This document shows, one piece after another, positions 31,768 to 40,359 of a stretch of 64,000 bases of DNA. Location: assembly GCA_038131935.1 (NCBI GenBank), contig JAYPQH010000032.1, positions 1 through 64,000 of the forward strand, given 5' to 3'. Under the pieces are notes generated by a model. That model saw only the letters and a program-made list of their open reading frames with translations, did not search any database and was not told the DNA's origin. Source of the stretch: Alphaproteobacteria bacterium. GTDB lineage: Bacteria; Pseudomonadota; Alphaproteobacteria; UBA8317. The translations under genes were made by a program, and so were the position numbers. The stretch's first letter is position 1; every line of letters begins with the position of its first letter.

Positions 31768-33177
31768 TTACGCACCCAATACCCAAGTGTCTTTTGTTCC
31801 ACCACCTTGGCTAGAATTCACCACCAAAGATCCTTTCTTCAACGCAACGCGGGTTAACCCACCTGGCGTAACTGAGATCTTTTGTGGAGCCACAAGAACA
31901 AAAGGCCTCAAGTCAACGTGACGAGGCGTTAAACCAGTTTTCGCAAGAATAGGTACTGTTGATAAAGCAAGGGTTGGCTGCGCAACATATTTTCCAGGAT
32001 TTGCACGAAGTTTTTTAGCAAATGCTGCCAATTCACGTTTGCTCGCGGCAGGGCCTACCAACATGCCATAACCACCAGAGCCATGTACTTCTTTAACAAC
32101 CAATTCGTGTAAATGCTCCAAGACATACTGAAGATTGTTGGCTTCTGCACAACGCCAGGTAGGAATATTTTTTAACAATGGCTCCTGCCCTGTGTAGAAT
32201 TTAATTATGTCCGGAATGTAAGAGTAAATTGCTTTATCATCTGCAATCCCCGCTCCAGGCGCATTTGCAAGTGTTACACTCCCATTTCTATATGCATCGA
32301 ATAAACCGGGGGTCCCAAGCAGGCTTTTGGGGTCGAATGACAAGGGGTCAAGAAATTCATCATCAATCCGTCTGTAAATAACATCAACTGTTTCTGTACC
32401 TGCTGTTGTGCGAATCATAACCTGACCATCACAAATTTCTAAATCTGCCCCCTCTACCAATTCTACACCCATTTCATCCGCAAGAAATGAATGTTCATAA
32501 TATGCTGAGTTAAAGATTCCTGGCGTTAACACTACAACATTTGGATCATCCGAATTATTTACGGCCGATGAACATAAGCAATTGTATAAGTTCTTGGGGT
32601 AATCGCTAACAGGTTTTACTTGGTGGGTTGTGAAAAGCTCCGGAAACATGTGCTGCATCGTGGATCTATTTTCTAACATGTAAGAAACCCCAGAGGGGAC
32701 ACGCGCATTATCCTCTAGTACAAAAAAATCATCTTGCCCTGTTCGAACAATATCAACCCCGACAACATGTGTATAAACTCCACCAGGAGGGGTAAAACCA
32801 CACATGTGAGGAAGATATGCTTTATTATTATAAATCATTTCAGAAGGAATAATTCCTGCTTTGATAATTTGTTGGCCATTATAGATATCACTTAGAAATG
32901 CATTAATAGCAGCGACGCGCTGGATGATGCCACGCTCAAGCATCTGCCACTCTTTCGCGGATAATATCCTAGGTATTAGGTCAAATGGGATAAGGCGCTC
33001 CTCGGCCTCCTTTTCACCATAAACATTAAAAGTTATGCCCAAGCGTCGAAATAACTCCTCCGCGGCACCGGATTTTTTAGACAATCTTTTGAGGTCTTGT
33101 TCCTCAAGCCACGCACATAACTTATCGTAGGGTTGCCTACCAAAGCCTTCCGTATCACCAAACATTTCATCGAACAT
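31768..33177 (-). CDS. Circularly permuted type 2 ATP-grasp protein
   Basis: GITFNVYG, RLIPFDLIPR, VLEDNARVPSGVSYMLENR, NSAYYEHSFLA, VIYRRIDD, RHVDLRP, SLVVNSSQGGGTKDTWV. Confidence 0.95.
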   Translation of the reverse strand: MFDEMFGDTEGFGRQPYDKLCAWLEEQDLKRLSKKSGAAEELFRRLGITFNVYGEKEAEERLIPFDLIPRILSAKEWQMLERGIIQRVAAINAFLSDIYNGQQIIKAGIIPSEMIYNNKAYLPHMCGFTPPGGVYTHVVGVDIVRTGQDDFFVLEDNARVPSGVSYMLENRSTMQHMFPELFTTHQVKPVSDYPKNLYNCLCSSAVNNSDDPNVVVLTPGIFNSAYYEHSFLADEMGVELVEGADLEICDGQVMIRTTAGTETVDVIYRRIDDEFLDPLSFDPKSLLGTPGLFDAYRNGSVTLANAPGAGIADDKAIYSYIPDIIKFYTGQEPLLKNIPTWRCAEANNLQYVLEHLHELVVKEVHGSGGYGMLVGPAASKRELAAFAKKLRANPGKYVAQPTLALSTVPILAKTGLTPRHVDLRPFVLVAPQKISVTPGGLTRVALKKGSLVVNSSQGGGTKDTWVLGA

Positions 33178-33265
33178 TAGACATAACCTATCGAATAAAC
33201 AGTCTAAGCAATGATAGGTAGATAGAAAATGCTGAGAAGTATATCGCTAATTATTGTCCAGGTAT

Positions 33266-33282
33266 GTGCAAAAATTGCACCG
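33266..33282 (-). promoter_or_regulatory. Candidate sigma54-like -24/-12 element / palindrome upstream of the Anbu operon
   Basis: Minus strand cGGtgcaatttTTGCa (GG-N10-GC); also the palindrome GTGCA-N5-TGCAC. Confidence 0.35.
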
Positions 33283-33315
33283 CATCAACTTAACGAAAAG
33301 AGAAGTAGCAACCGT

Positions 33316-33342
33316 AAAAAAACCCTATCCGAATGGATAGGG
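33316..33342 (-). terminator. Intrinsic terminator of the repeat-protein gene
   Basis: ccctatcc-gaat-ggataggg followed by U7 on the minus strand. Confidence 0.8.
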
Positions 33343-33375
33343 CTCTAAATACATGTATTAAAAATAGTTTCAGTT

Positions 33376-34818
33376 CTACATGATGTCTATAGCTTGCCAT
33401 GAGAAGTCAACATCACCTGGAGCGATCACATATAATTCCGCATCGATATTATCTAATGTGAATTCAGTGTTGCCAGTTTTATCAACAATAGTTGCCATAT
33501 TTGTACTTCCCAACCCGACAACAGCCTTTAGATTTAAAACAACATCTGAAATATCTACCTTTCCATCGCAGTCAAGATCAGCCGCCGTTAACTGTACGCC
33601 TCTTAATTCATTAAGGCCTGCAACATGTTTTAACTGACTTATAACGTCAGAAACAGTCACTGAATTCGTCATATCTGCTTCCATGTGCAAACTAAAGCTA
33701 TTGGTCTCTTCCCCCAAGTCAAATAGGGCAGTTTTGAAATCTAATGATTTAGATTTTACAACGTTATTATTTGTTTTAATCTCTAATTCACCAGACTGAA
33801 TAATTTTTTTATCTCCTGAGTAATACTTGAAATGGTGTTCTGAAAGCTCTGCCCCCTCAACCTCAGCATAAAGATCGTCGTCAGCATCATCTGTGTAAAC
33901 AACACCATTCACAACGTAAGATTCATCCGTTTCTAGATGATGGGCATTCTCTGACAGCTCTAAGCCCTCAACCTCAGTATAAAGATCGTCGTCAGCATCA
34001 TCTTTGTAAACAATACCATTCACAACGTAAGATTCATCCGTTTCTAGATGATGGGCATTCTCTGACAGCTCTAAGCCCTCAACCTCAGCATAAAGATCGT
34101 CGTCAGCATCATCTGTGTAAACAATACCATTCACAACGTAAGATTCATCCGTTTCTAGATGATGGGCATTCTCTGACAGCTCTAAGCCCTCAACCTCAGC
34201 ATAAAGATCGTCGTCAGCATCATCTGTGTAAACAACACCATTCACAACGTAAGATTCATCCGTTTCTAGATGATGGGCATTCTCTGACAGCTCTAAGCCC
34301 TCAACCTCAGTATAAAGCTCGTCGTCAGCATCATCTGTGTAAACAACACCATTCACAACGTAAGATTCATCCGTTTCTATAAAGATGATGGGCATTCACA
34401 ACGTAAGATTCATCCGTTTCTAGATCTCTGACAGCTCTAAGCCCTCAACCTCAGTATAAAGATCGTCGTCAGCATCATCTGTGTAAACAACACCATTCAT
34501 AGCAAAGGAAATATCTTCAGTATGAATACCCAAATCTTTGTCGTTCAAGGACAATGCGTCATTGTAGAACATTGGATCAAATGAGCCTACTCCTTTAAGA
34601 GCTTCACGCCAAAAACCGTCTTGATTAACCTGATACACAGACCACTCGACTTGTCCATGTTCAAGTTCCTCTTTTAATATAGTTGAGTGATCCTCCGTTA
34701 TAGAATAAAATCTTTCATCATAATCAGGCTTTTCAACTTTTAACCGACCATCTTCTAATTCCAAAATCCTAGCGATATCTCCAGCCTCATTAAATTCAAA
34801 TTTATAAAAATCTGACAT
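33376..34818 (-). CDS. Acidic tandem-repeat protein with C-terminal dockerin-like domain (one gene, broken at a scrambled repeat junction ~34380-34425)
   Basis: Both ORFs share the 37-aa repeat; C-terminus has VTVSDVISQLKHVAGL...AADLDCDGKVDISDVVLNLKAVVGL and PGDVDFSW; AGGAG RBS before ATG 34818. Confidence 0.75.
33838..34499 (-). repeat. 111-bp tandem repeat (37 aa: ETDESYVVNGVVYTDDADDDLYAEVEGLELSENAHHL), about 6 units
   Basis: ttctagatg recurs at 33931, 34042, 34153 and 34264 (period 111); a further partial unit at 34425-34499. Confidence 0.97.
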
Positions 34819-34928
34819 TAGAAAATCTCCTGTTTTTCTGAAATGTTTTCGTTCGCTAACGTTTCAAAGCTATTCGTAAAAATTGAAGAGCACTATCCAA
34901 TCAAGGTTATAACAAGAGATTTTTCCGC

Positions 34929-34944
34929 ATCTATAACCAAAGTT
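34929..34944 (-). promoter_or_regulatory. Shared operator-like motif, copy 1 (upstream of the repeat-protein gene)
   Basis: ATCTATAACCAAAGTT; 14/16 identical to 36475-36490; 111 bp from the start codon. Confidence 0.6.
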
Positions 34945-35100
34945 ATAATGAAAATCACACGATAAAGTAGCCCAAGACCCAAAAGCACAATGCATCGCAA
35001 ATATGCAAACAACGTATCGAAAAATCCCACGAAAAGGGATTTGGATAAAGATGAAATAACTATGTGAGGTTTTTTTCCACAACGACTTCGTCTTTCGAAT

Positions 35101-35595
35101 TTAAACCTGCCACAATACCAATGTCCAAAAATTCATCCATGAACAGCGACATAAATTCAATACGAGAGTTAACCTAGCCTTTTTCAACAAATTGTGAACT
35201 TGGACTTTTACAGTCCCAATCTGTGTAGCTCGGAATTCAGAAATTGACGCCGTACTGAAGCCTTTCAACAAAAGTAATGCAATATCTCTCTCAGCGGCTG
35301 TAAACTCCCAAAAGTCAAATTTTGAATGCACGTGTCGTTCAAAGTCTTTCTGCAATGCTGATAACTGTTGTGTTGCTAATTCATTATGACTTCTTAATAA
35401 GTTATTGTATTGTAACAAGGAAAACATACCTAGAATGAGAGCAACTACAGCGCCTAATTCAAACAGCAAATGAACCAATTCATCATTAGAGTAAGGTTGA
35501 CTGCGTGAATAATGCTCATACAGGTCAATAAAAACGTCAAACAAAAAAACAATCCCGAGATCATCATGCCCCGGAGCGTTAATTTTACCATCCAA
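35101..35595 (-). CDS. Membrane-anchored LuxR-type helix-turn-helix regulator (probable indels at both ends)
   Basis: Two N-terminal hydrophobic segments, a coiled region, then FDFWEFTAAERDIALLLLKGFS.ASI...R....GTVKVQ LuxR HTH. Confidence 0.8.
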   Translation of the reverse strand: MDGKINAPGHDDLGIVFLFDVFIDLYEHYSRSQPYSNDELVHLLFELGAVVALILGMFSLLQYNNLLRSHNELATQQLSALQKDFERHVHSKFDFWEFTAAERDIALLLLKGFSTASISEFRATQIGTVKVQVHNLLKKARLTLVLNLCRCSWMNFWTLVLWQV

Positions 35596-36047
35596 TTTTT
35601 GAAAATATATCTAATGACATAAAACACCTCAGAGACAAATTTTACGAAGTAAAACCTTACAACAATCAAAACATCACCTTGAAAAAGTAATGCAAAGAAA
35701 CAATGCTGCTTTTCGTAACCCTGTGGGCCAAGCGATAACATACAATTTCAATCTACCCTATTTAATTTTGCATGTTGCTGAAATTCTATATAATCCTTCA
35801 AACAACATCAATTAACGTCAACAGATAGAAGCACTGGTTTGAAAAACATCCAACAAATGACACGATAAACTACATATAGCTCTCTTTACTCATGATTTTC
35901 ACACTCACACCTTGAAAAGTCATACATTTAAAACGTGTTTTAAAATTCATCTTCAGCCAGCACTGAATAGCAATTTTTTCCACCAAAATAAAAAGAGCGA
36001 ATGAAAGACAATTTATTCTCTTTTGATGCGCAAAAATTACATATTCT

Positions 36048-36365
36048 TTATCTAACAATATTTTCGTAAAGATTTAAATTTTCGTATGCATACACTTCAT
36101 AAAAACCATCTTCCATTTTAATCTGGCGAACGGAAAAACCACGTTCATGGAGAGCCTTTTTCACGTTGGATATAATTTTTTCGTCAAGGATGGCATGCCC
36201 GTCATCCATTTCATGGTACCTCGTGTGGTCCTTACCAGTCACCACCAGTTCCTCAATAAAAGACAACAATTTATTTTGATGATCCACTAATCCTTCACTT
36301 GGTAATACTGTCATAGTCATAAATGCAGAACATAAAATTACAACAATGGTTTTCTTGAAAATCAT
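36048..36365 (-). CDS. Secreted PepSY-like small protein
   Basis: Signal peptide; VKKALHERGFSVRQIKMEDGFYEVYAY resembles PepSY_2; strong AAAAGGAGG RBS; C-terminus possibly truncated. Confidence 0.7.
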   Translation of the reverse strand: MIFKKTIVVILCSAFMTMTVLPSEGLVDHQNKLLSFIEELVVTGKDHTRYHEMDDGHAILDEKIISNVKKALHERGFSVRQIKMEDGFYEVYAYENLNLYENIVR

Positions 36366-36474
36366 TTAGACTCCTCCTTTTCAAATATACAACATCCTAT
36401 CGCCATATGGCGTTAGGTTAATTGTTGGGCGACAGAACCGAGGAAAGATATTGCACGTTGGTAAAGTTTTGCTG

Positions 36475-36490
36475 ATCTATGACCTAAGTT
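36475..36490 (-). promoter_or_regulatory. Shared operator-like motif, copy 2 (upstream of the PepSY gene)
   Basis: ATCTATGACCTAAGTT; 110 bp from the start codon. Confidence 0.6.
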
Positions 36491-37056
36491 GTAGATAAAC
36501 CGCTTTTTAAAAAGCATCTATTATCATTCGTGCTGACAGGAATATTTACCAGTCCGTATGAATTATAATGGGTTCAAATCATCAATAACAAGTATCACGA
36601 GCGCGGCTTATTCTAGCTGTAGGATTAGTTCAGGACGCTCTACCATGAAGACTACCTATAGTAGCTTCTACATCTCATCAGCCATTATGCCAATTTGGTA
36701 ATGCTAGAGTCATGCGGGAGCAAGAAATAGAATTCTTACTCAGCCACCTAATTTAAATGAATTAAACGCTTGAGTCACCAGTTACAGGAGAGTTTATGTT
36801 AGCCATTCAGTAGTGAGCATGGATGAAAATTGACGGTTAACCATGACAGAGCATTATGAAAATAAAGTCCTGTCTCTATCTATTGACGAACTCTACTTTA
36901 TTTTGGAGGAAATTAAAGGGCTCAGGTCAAACGTATTATGATTATTTAAATGGGCTGTAAAATGCTCAATACCGCTAGAATGGCGTAAACTATCGCAGTG
37001 AACAAACTGAGTGTAATTTTTGCGTAGAAAATTTATCCAAATATCTAGACTTTTTA

Positions 37057-37516
37057 TCATCCACGGCCACGATAAGATGGCATCTTGGTTGGGAATCAGA
37101 TATCAACTGGGATTGAGCCGGTTTGCCAAAAGACGTCAATAGGAATGCCCCCACGGGGATACCAATAACCACCAATCCTTAGCCATGTTGGCTCAAGAAA
37201 ATTAACAAGACGACGCGCAATGGAGATTGTACAGTCTTCATGGAAAGCTCCATGATTGCGGAAAGAAGTAAGATAGAGCTTTAATGATTTTGACTCAACT
37301 AGCCATTTAGATGGGACATAGTCGATTACTAGGTGGGCAAAGTCAGGTTGCCCTGTCATGGGGCAAAGTGAAGTAAATTCTGGCACAGTGAAGCGTATTT
37401 TAGGCTACATCATCTTGTGGGTTGGCTACCCGTTCAAGTTGAGCCTCTTCGGGGCTCTTAGGGATGCTGGTTTCTCTCCCTAATTGTTTTAAGTTACTGT
37501 ATATGTTCTCAGACAC
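37057..37516 (-). CDS. queF: NADPH-dependent preQ0 reductase (preQ1 synthase), type 1; two indels
   Basis: GTG start ([13 protein letters not shown]), [51 protein letters not shown]-terminal YRGRG*. Confidence 0.93.
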
Positions 37517-38051
37517 TCATTTTTCCTTCTCAAAAGCGACGCCTCTCTACTTTCCAAGATCAAAGTATATAGAGTTGCCGGTACCAGGGGCAAACATCCG
37601 TAAGTTTTCGTTTTCATAAACCCTACAAATTAGCTGTGGGATTTTGCAGGTCGATACTGCTTGCTGCGGAAAGGTTCAAAATATTTGGCTTTGGACAAAA
37701 TTTACAGGACCTCTATCAGAAAGAACTAAGATTCCAGGTTTTGAGAGAGAATGGACTTATGAAGTCATACCCCGTGTAATTTGTGAAAAAATATAGTCGG
37801 CATCATCTTACAATTGTGGACTTGCAGCTCGCTTCAGTATTGTTGGGTACGATAATGGTAAGGGAATTTCTACCAGTTTCGATATTACGGGAGAAGAAAT
37901 AAATCAAACACGACGCCTACGCTTTTTCCGCATCACATAGCAAATCTTTGTTCAACAATGGAGGGGTACCTTTGTGACTACGCTTGGTGGGACGCCAGAT
38001 CGTGGCGTAACCATTGCACAGATCTTAAGTATAAAATTCTAGAATTTGGCC

Positions 38052-38210
38052 TTATAGGAAGTTTGAGTCTATTATCTTACCCCACGAAAAAACGATGCCA
38101 CATCTTAAGCAACTCAGCACGTTGGGTCAGAAGGCGCGTCCGATGATATGCGTGCTCCACGTCTGATCCAAATTTGTGTTCAAGTTGTAGCTCGGCTGCT
38201 TCTCGGGGTG
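38052..38210 (-). pseudogene. C-terminal remnant of a P4-type tyrosine integrase
   Basis: My translation PREAAELQLEHKFGSDVEHAYHRTRLLTQRAELLKMWHRF matches the E..L.H.....V..AY.R..LL..R..L...W pattern; no intact upstream frame; ~220 bp from the tRNA 3' end. Confidence 0.7.
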
Positions 38211-38367
38211 GGCAAAAGTATTCCTAAAAAATATTCGGTATCAAAAGCCATTCGCGTAGATCAGAAATATAATTTTCCGCACTTACTGGCAAATGCACTC
38301 TGCCAATCTATTCAAGCGTTATCTTTTCCACTGTGTCCTGTGTAGTAGCCTGTGTCAAAATACAGTG

Positions 38368-38400
38368 TCAAACTTATGGACACCAATTCCATAAGTTTGA
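38368..38400 (-). terminator. 13-bp inverted repeat downstream of tRNA-Glu
   Basis: tcaaacttatgga-N7-tccataagtttga; adjacent direct repeats gtgtcaaa at 38352 and 38365. Confidence 0.55.
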
Positions 38401-38425
38401 TTTTAAATATTATTTTAGAAAAGTG

Positions 38426-38500
38426 TGGCGCTCCCTAGGGGAATCGAACCCCTCTTTCCAGATTGAAAATCTGGCGTCCTAACCGATAGACGAAGGGAGC
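38426..38500 (-). tRNA. tRNA-Glu (TTC)
   Basis: GCTCCCT acceptor stem, CCAGA-TTTTCAA-TCTGG anticodon arm, GGTTCGATTCC T-loop, encoded CCA; 75 nt. Confidence 0.97.
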
Positions 38501-38533
38501 GTCGTGCAGGAGGCTATATCCATATTTAACCGC

Positions 38534-40342
38534 TCATGCAAGTGCCGTTCTCTCTCGCCTTGCATCAAGTACATGAATATCAGCACTAGAGCGTCCATTC
38601 CAATGATTTTCTTGTAGATGAACGGCCAAATCAATATATTCGCCTATAGAATTGTTGAAGAAGCTCTCTAGCTTTGTGTCTTTTGCATAAAAACATATGG
38701 CTTGAGCCTTGGATCCTCCTCCTAAATTCTCCAACGAAACTTTTACATGTTTCTCTTTCAGCCATTGAACATAAACCAACCGAACTTTTTGTAAGAGAAA
38801 CACGGGTTTTTGATTTCCCATACCAAATGGGCCCAGATCATTTAGCTGTTTCATAAATTCAAGACTGATTCTTCCCAAGTCTATTTTGGCATCTATAAAT
38901 AATTCATCACAAACAGCCTTGGGCATATGTTCAGCAGATTGCTCAAAAAAACACTCAAATTCATGCAGGTTTTGATGTGCTACAGAAAAACCTGCCGCCA
39001 TACTGTGACCACCACCTGATGTTAATATACCCTTTTGAACCGCTTGCATAACAACACGACCAATATCGAAACCTTGAACAGACCGAGTGGATCCTTTCCA
39101 TCCATCTGCAGTGGGCGCGCAAATAGCAGTAGGTTTTTGAAATTTCTCTTTAATACGACCAGCAACAATCCCCATTACCCCTTCATGAAACGATGGATCT
39201 GCAAGCACAAATGTTCGCTTAATCTTGTTCATCTTTTCAACAAGCTCTAATGCTTTCTCAAGCATGTCCGATTCAATTTTACGCCGCGTTTTGTTTAAAT
39301 CATCTAACTTTTGCGCAAAGAGCAATGCCTCTTCAATGTTATCGCACAACAATAATTTTGTAGCCCATGATGACTTTCCCAACCTACCTCCGGCATTAAG
39401 TCGAGGACCAATAATGAAACCAAGGTCCTCAGCATTTTGTACGGCTTGTCGATTTGCAACCTTAAGAAGAGCTTGTACAGGTACCGGTGGAGACTGTAGC
39501 AAAATATGTAACCCAAATTTTACAAGGAGCCGGTTAATACCAACCAGTGGCACCACATCACATACGGCACCCATGGCAACAAGCCAGCTAAATTGCTTTA
39601 AATCTGGCGGTTGTTTTTTGCTGAAAAATCCTCGGTTTATAAGGATTCGCTGCAAGCGCACAAGCACCATAAACACCACACCCGCTGCACAAAGTTGGCC
39701 GCAATTACTTTTATCCTCAGGATGATTAGGATTAACGATTGCCTCACATATGGGATCACTCTCTCCCATTTTATGATGGTCAATAACAATGATTTTTAGA
39801 TCTCTGTTGAAGGCATCTTGTAACGCAGCAAAGGCTGTCGCTCCACAGTCCATCGTAACAATATGTCTAATATCGCTACTTTGAAAAAAGTCCCAAGCCC
39901 CCTCAGAAGGCCCATATCCATCCGTAAAGCGGTCTGGAATGTAAAATTTATGTTCAACATCAAGATATTTGAGATAACGTCCCAACATAGCCGTGGAAGT
40001 AGCCCCATCGACATCATAATCTCCAAGTAACCCTATAACTTTGCCATTACAAATCCAATCTGCAAGATAATGGGCTGCACGTTCCATACCATGTAAGGAA
40101 CGAGGATCGGGAAGACTCCTGCGAAAGGTAGGATAAAAAAAGTCTTCAAAATCAATAGGATTGACGTTTCGTGTTCGTGCAATTTGCAAGACAACAGGGT
40201 TTAAATCCATGGTTCTTGCGTAAACATTTACATCATCTATTGATGTATCAGATAGCCGCCATAACTTACCCAACACGGATGGGGACGTGACATAATCGTC
40301 CCCATTTTCATCCTCATTAATCATGTTAACAGGACCATGCAC
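38534..40342 (-). CDS. recJ: Single-stranded-DNA-specific exonuclease RecJ
   Basis: GDYDVDG, TMDCG, IDHH, DVVPL, GPRLNAGGRL, GGGHSMAAG, PFGMGN. Confidence 0.96.
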   Translation of the reverse strand: MHGPVNMINEDENGDDYVTSPSVLGKLWRLSDTSIDDVNVYARTMDLNPVVLQIARTRNVNPIDFEDFFYPTFRRSLPDPRSLHGMERAAHYLADWICNGKVIGLLGDYDVDGATSTAMLGRYLKYLDVEHKFYIPDRFTDGYGPSEGAWDFFQSSDIRHIVTMDCGATAFAALQDAFNRDLKIIVIDHHKMGESDPICEAIVNPNHPEDKSNCGQLCAAGVVFMVLVRLQRILINRGFFSKKQPPDLKQFSWLVAMGAVCDVVPLVGINRLLVKFGLHILLQSPPVPVQALLKVANRQAVQNAEDLGFIIGPRLNAGGRLGKSSWATKLLLCDNIEEALLFAQKLDDLNKTRRKIESDMLEKALELVEKMNKIKRTFVLADPSFHEGVMGIVAGRIKEKFQKPTAICAPTADGWKGSTRSVQGFDIGRVVMQAVQKGILTSGGGHSMAAGFSVAHQNLHEFECFFEQSAEHMPKAVCDELFIDAKIDLGRISLEFMKQLNDLGPFGMGNQKPVFLLQKVRLVYVQWLKEKHVKVSLENLGGGSKAQAICFYAKDTKLESFFNNSIGEYIDLAVHLQENHWNGRSSADIHVLDARRERTALA

Positions 40343-40359
40343 ACAAAGTCCTTAAATAA

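Noticed and set aside
33266-33280. NtrC binding site upstream of the Anbu operon
   Set aside because: The half-sites are in the opposite arrangement (GTGCA-N5-TGCAC) to the NtrC consensus TGCAC-N7-GTGCA; kept only as a weak sigma54-like candidate.
33838-34499. Regular repeats as a possible CRISPR array
   Set aside because: The units are contiguous 111-bp near-identical copies with no unique spacers, keep an open reading frame (37 codons), and no cas genes are present.
31768-34818. Repeat protein as a multi-core RiPP (graspetide) precursor for the adjacent ATP-grasp ligase
   Set aside because: The ligase is the circularly permuted type 2 enzyme of the Anbu operon, not a RimK-like graspetide synthetase; a strong terminator separates the genes; the protein has a dockerin-like tail and no recognisable leader. 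Not strictly excluded, but unsupported.
37057-37516. queF as part of a 7-deazaguanine DNA-modification (dpd) system
   Set aside because: No dpdA/tgt-like, queC/D/E or folE genes are in the window, and QueF normally channels preQ0 to tRNA queuosine.
35600-38050. Short ORFs 35454-35741, 35870-36058, 36990-37175, 37958-38146 and degenerate coding-like sequence at 37560-37900
   Set aside because: No recognisable motifs or RBS, and interrupted by stops; probably decayed island DNA that I cannot assign.
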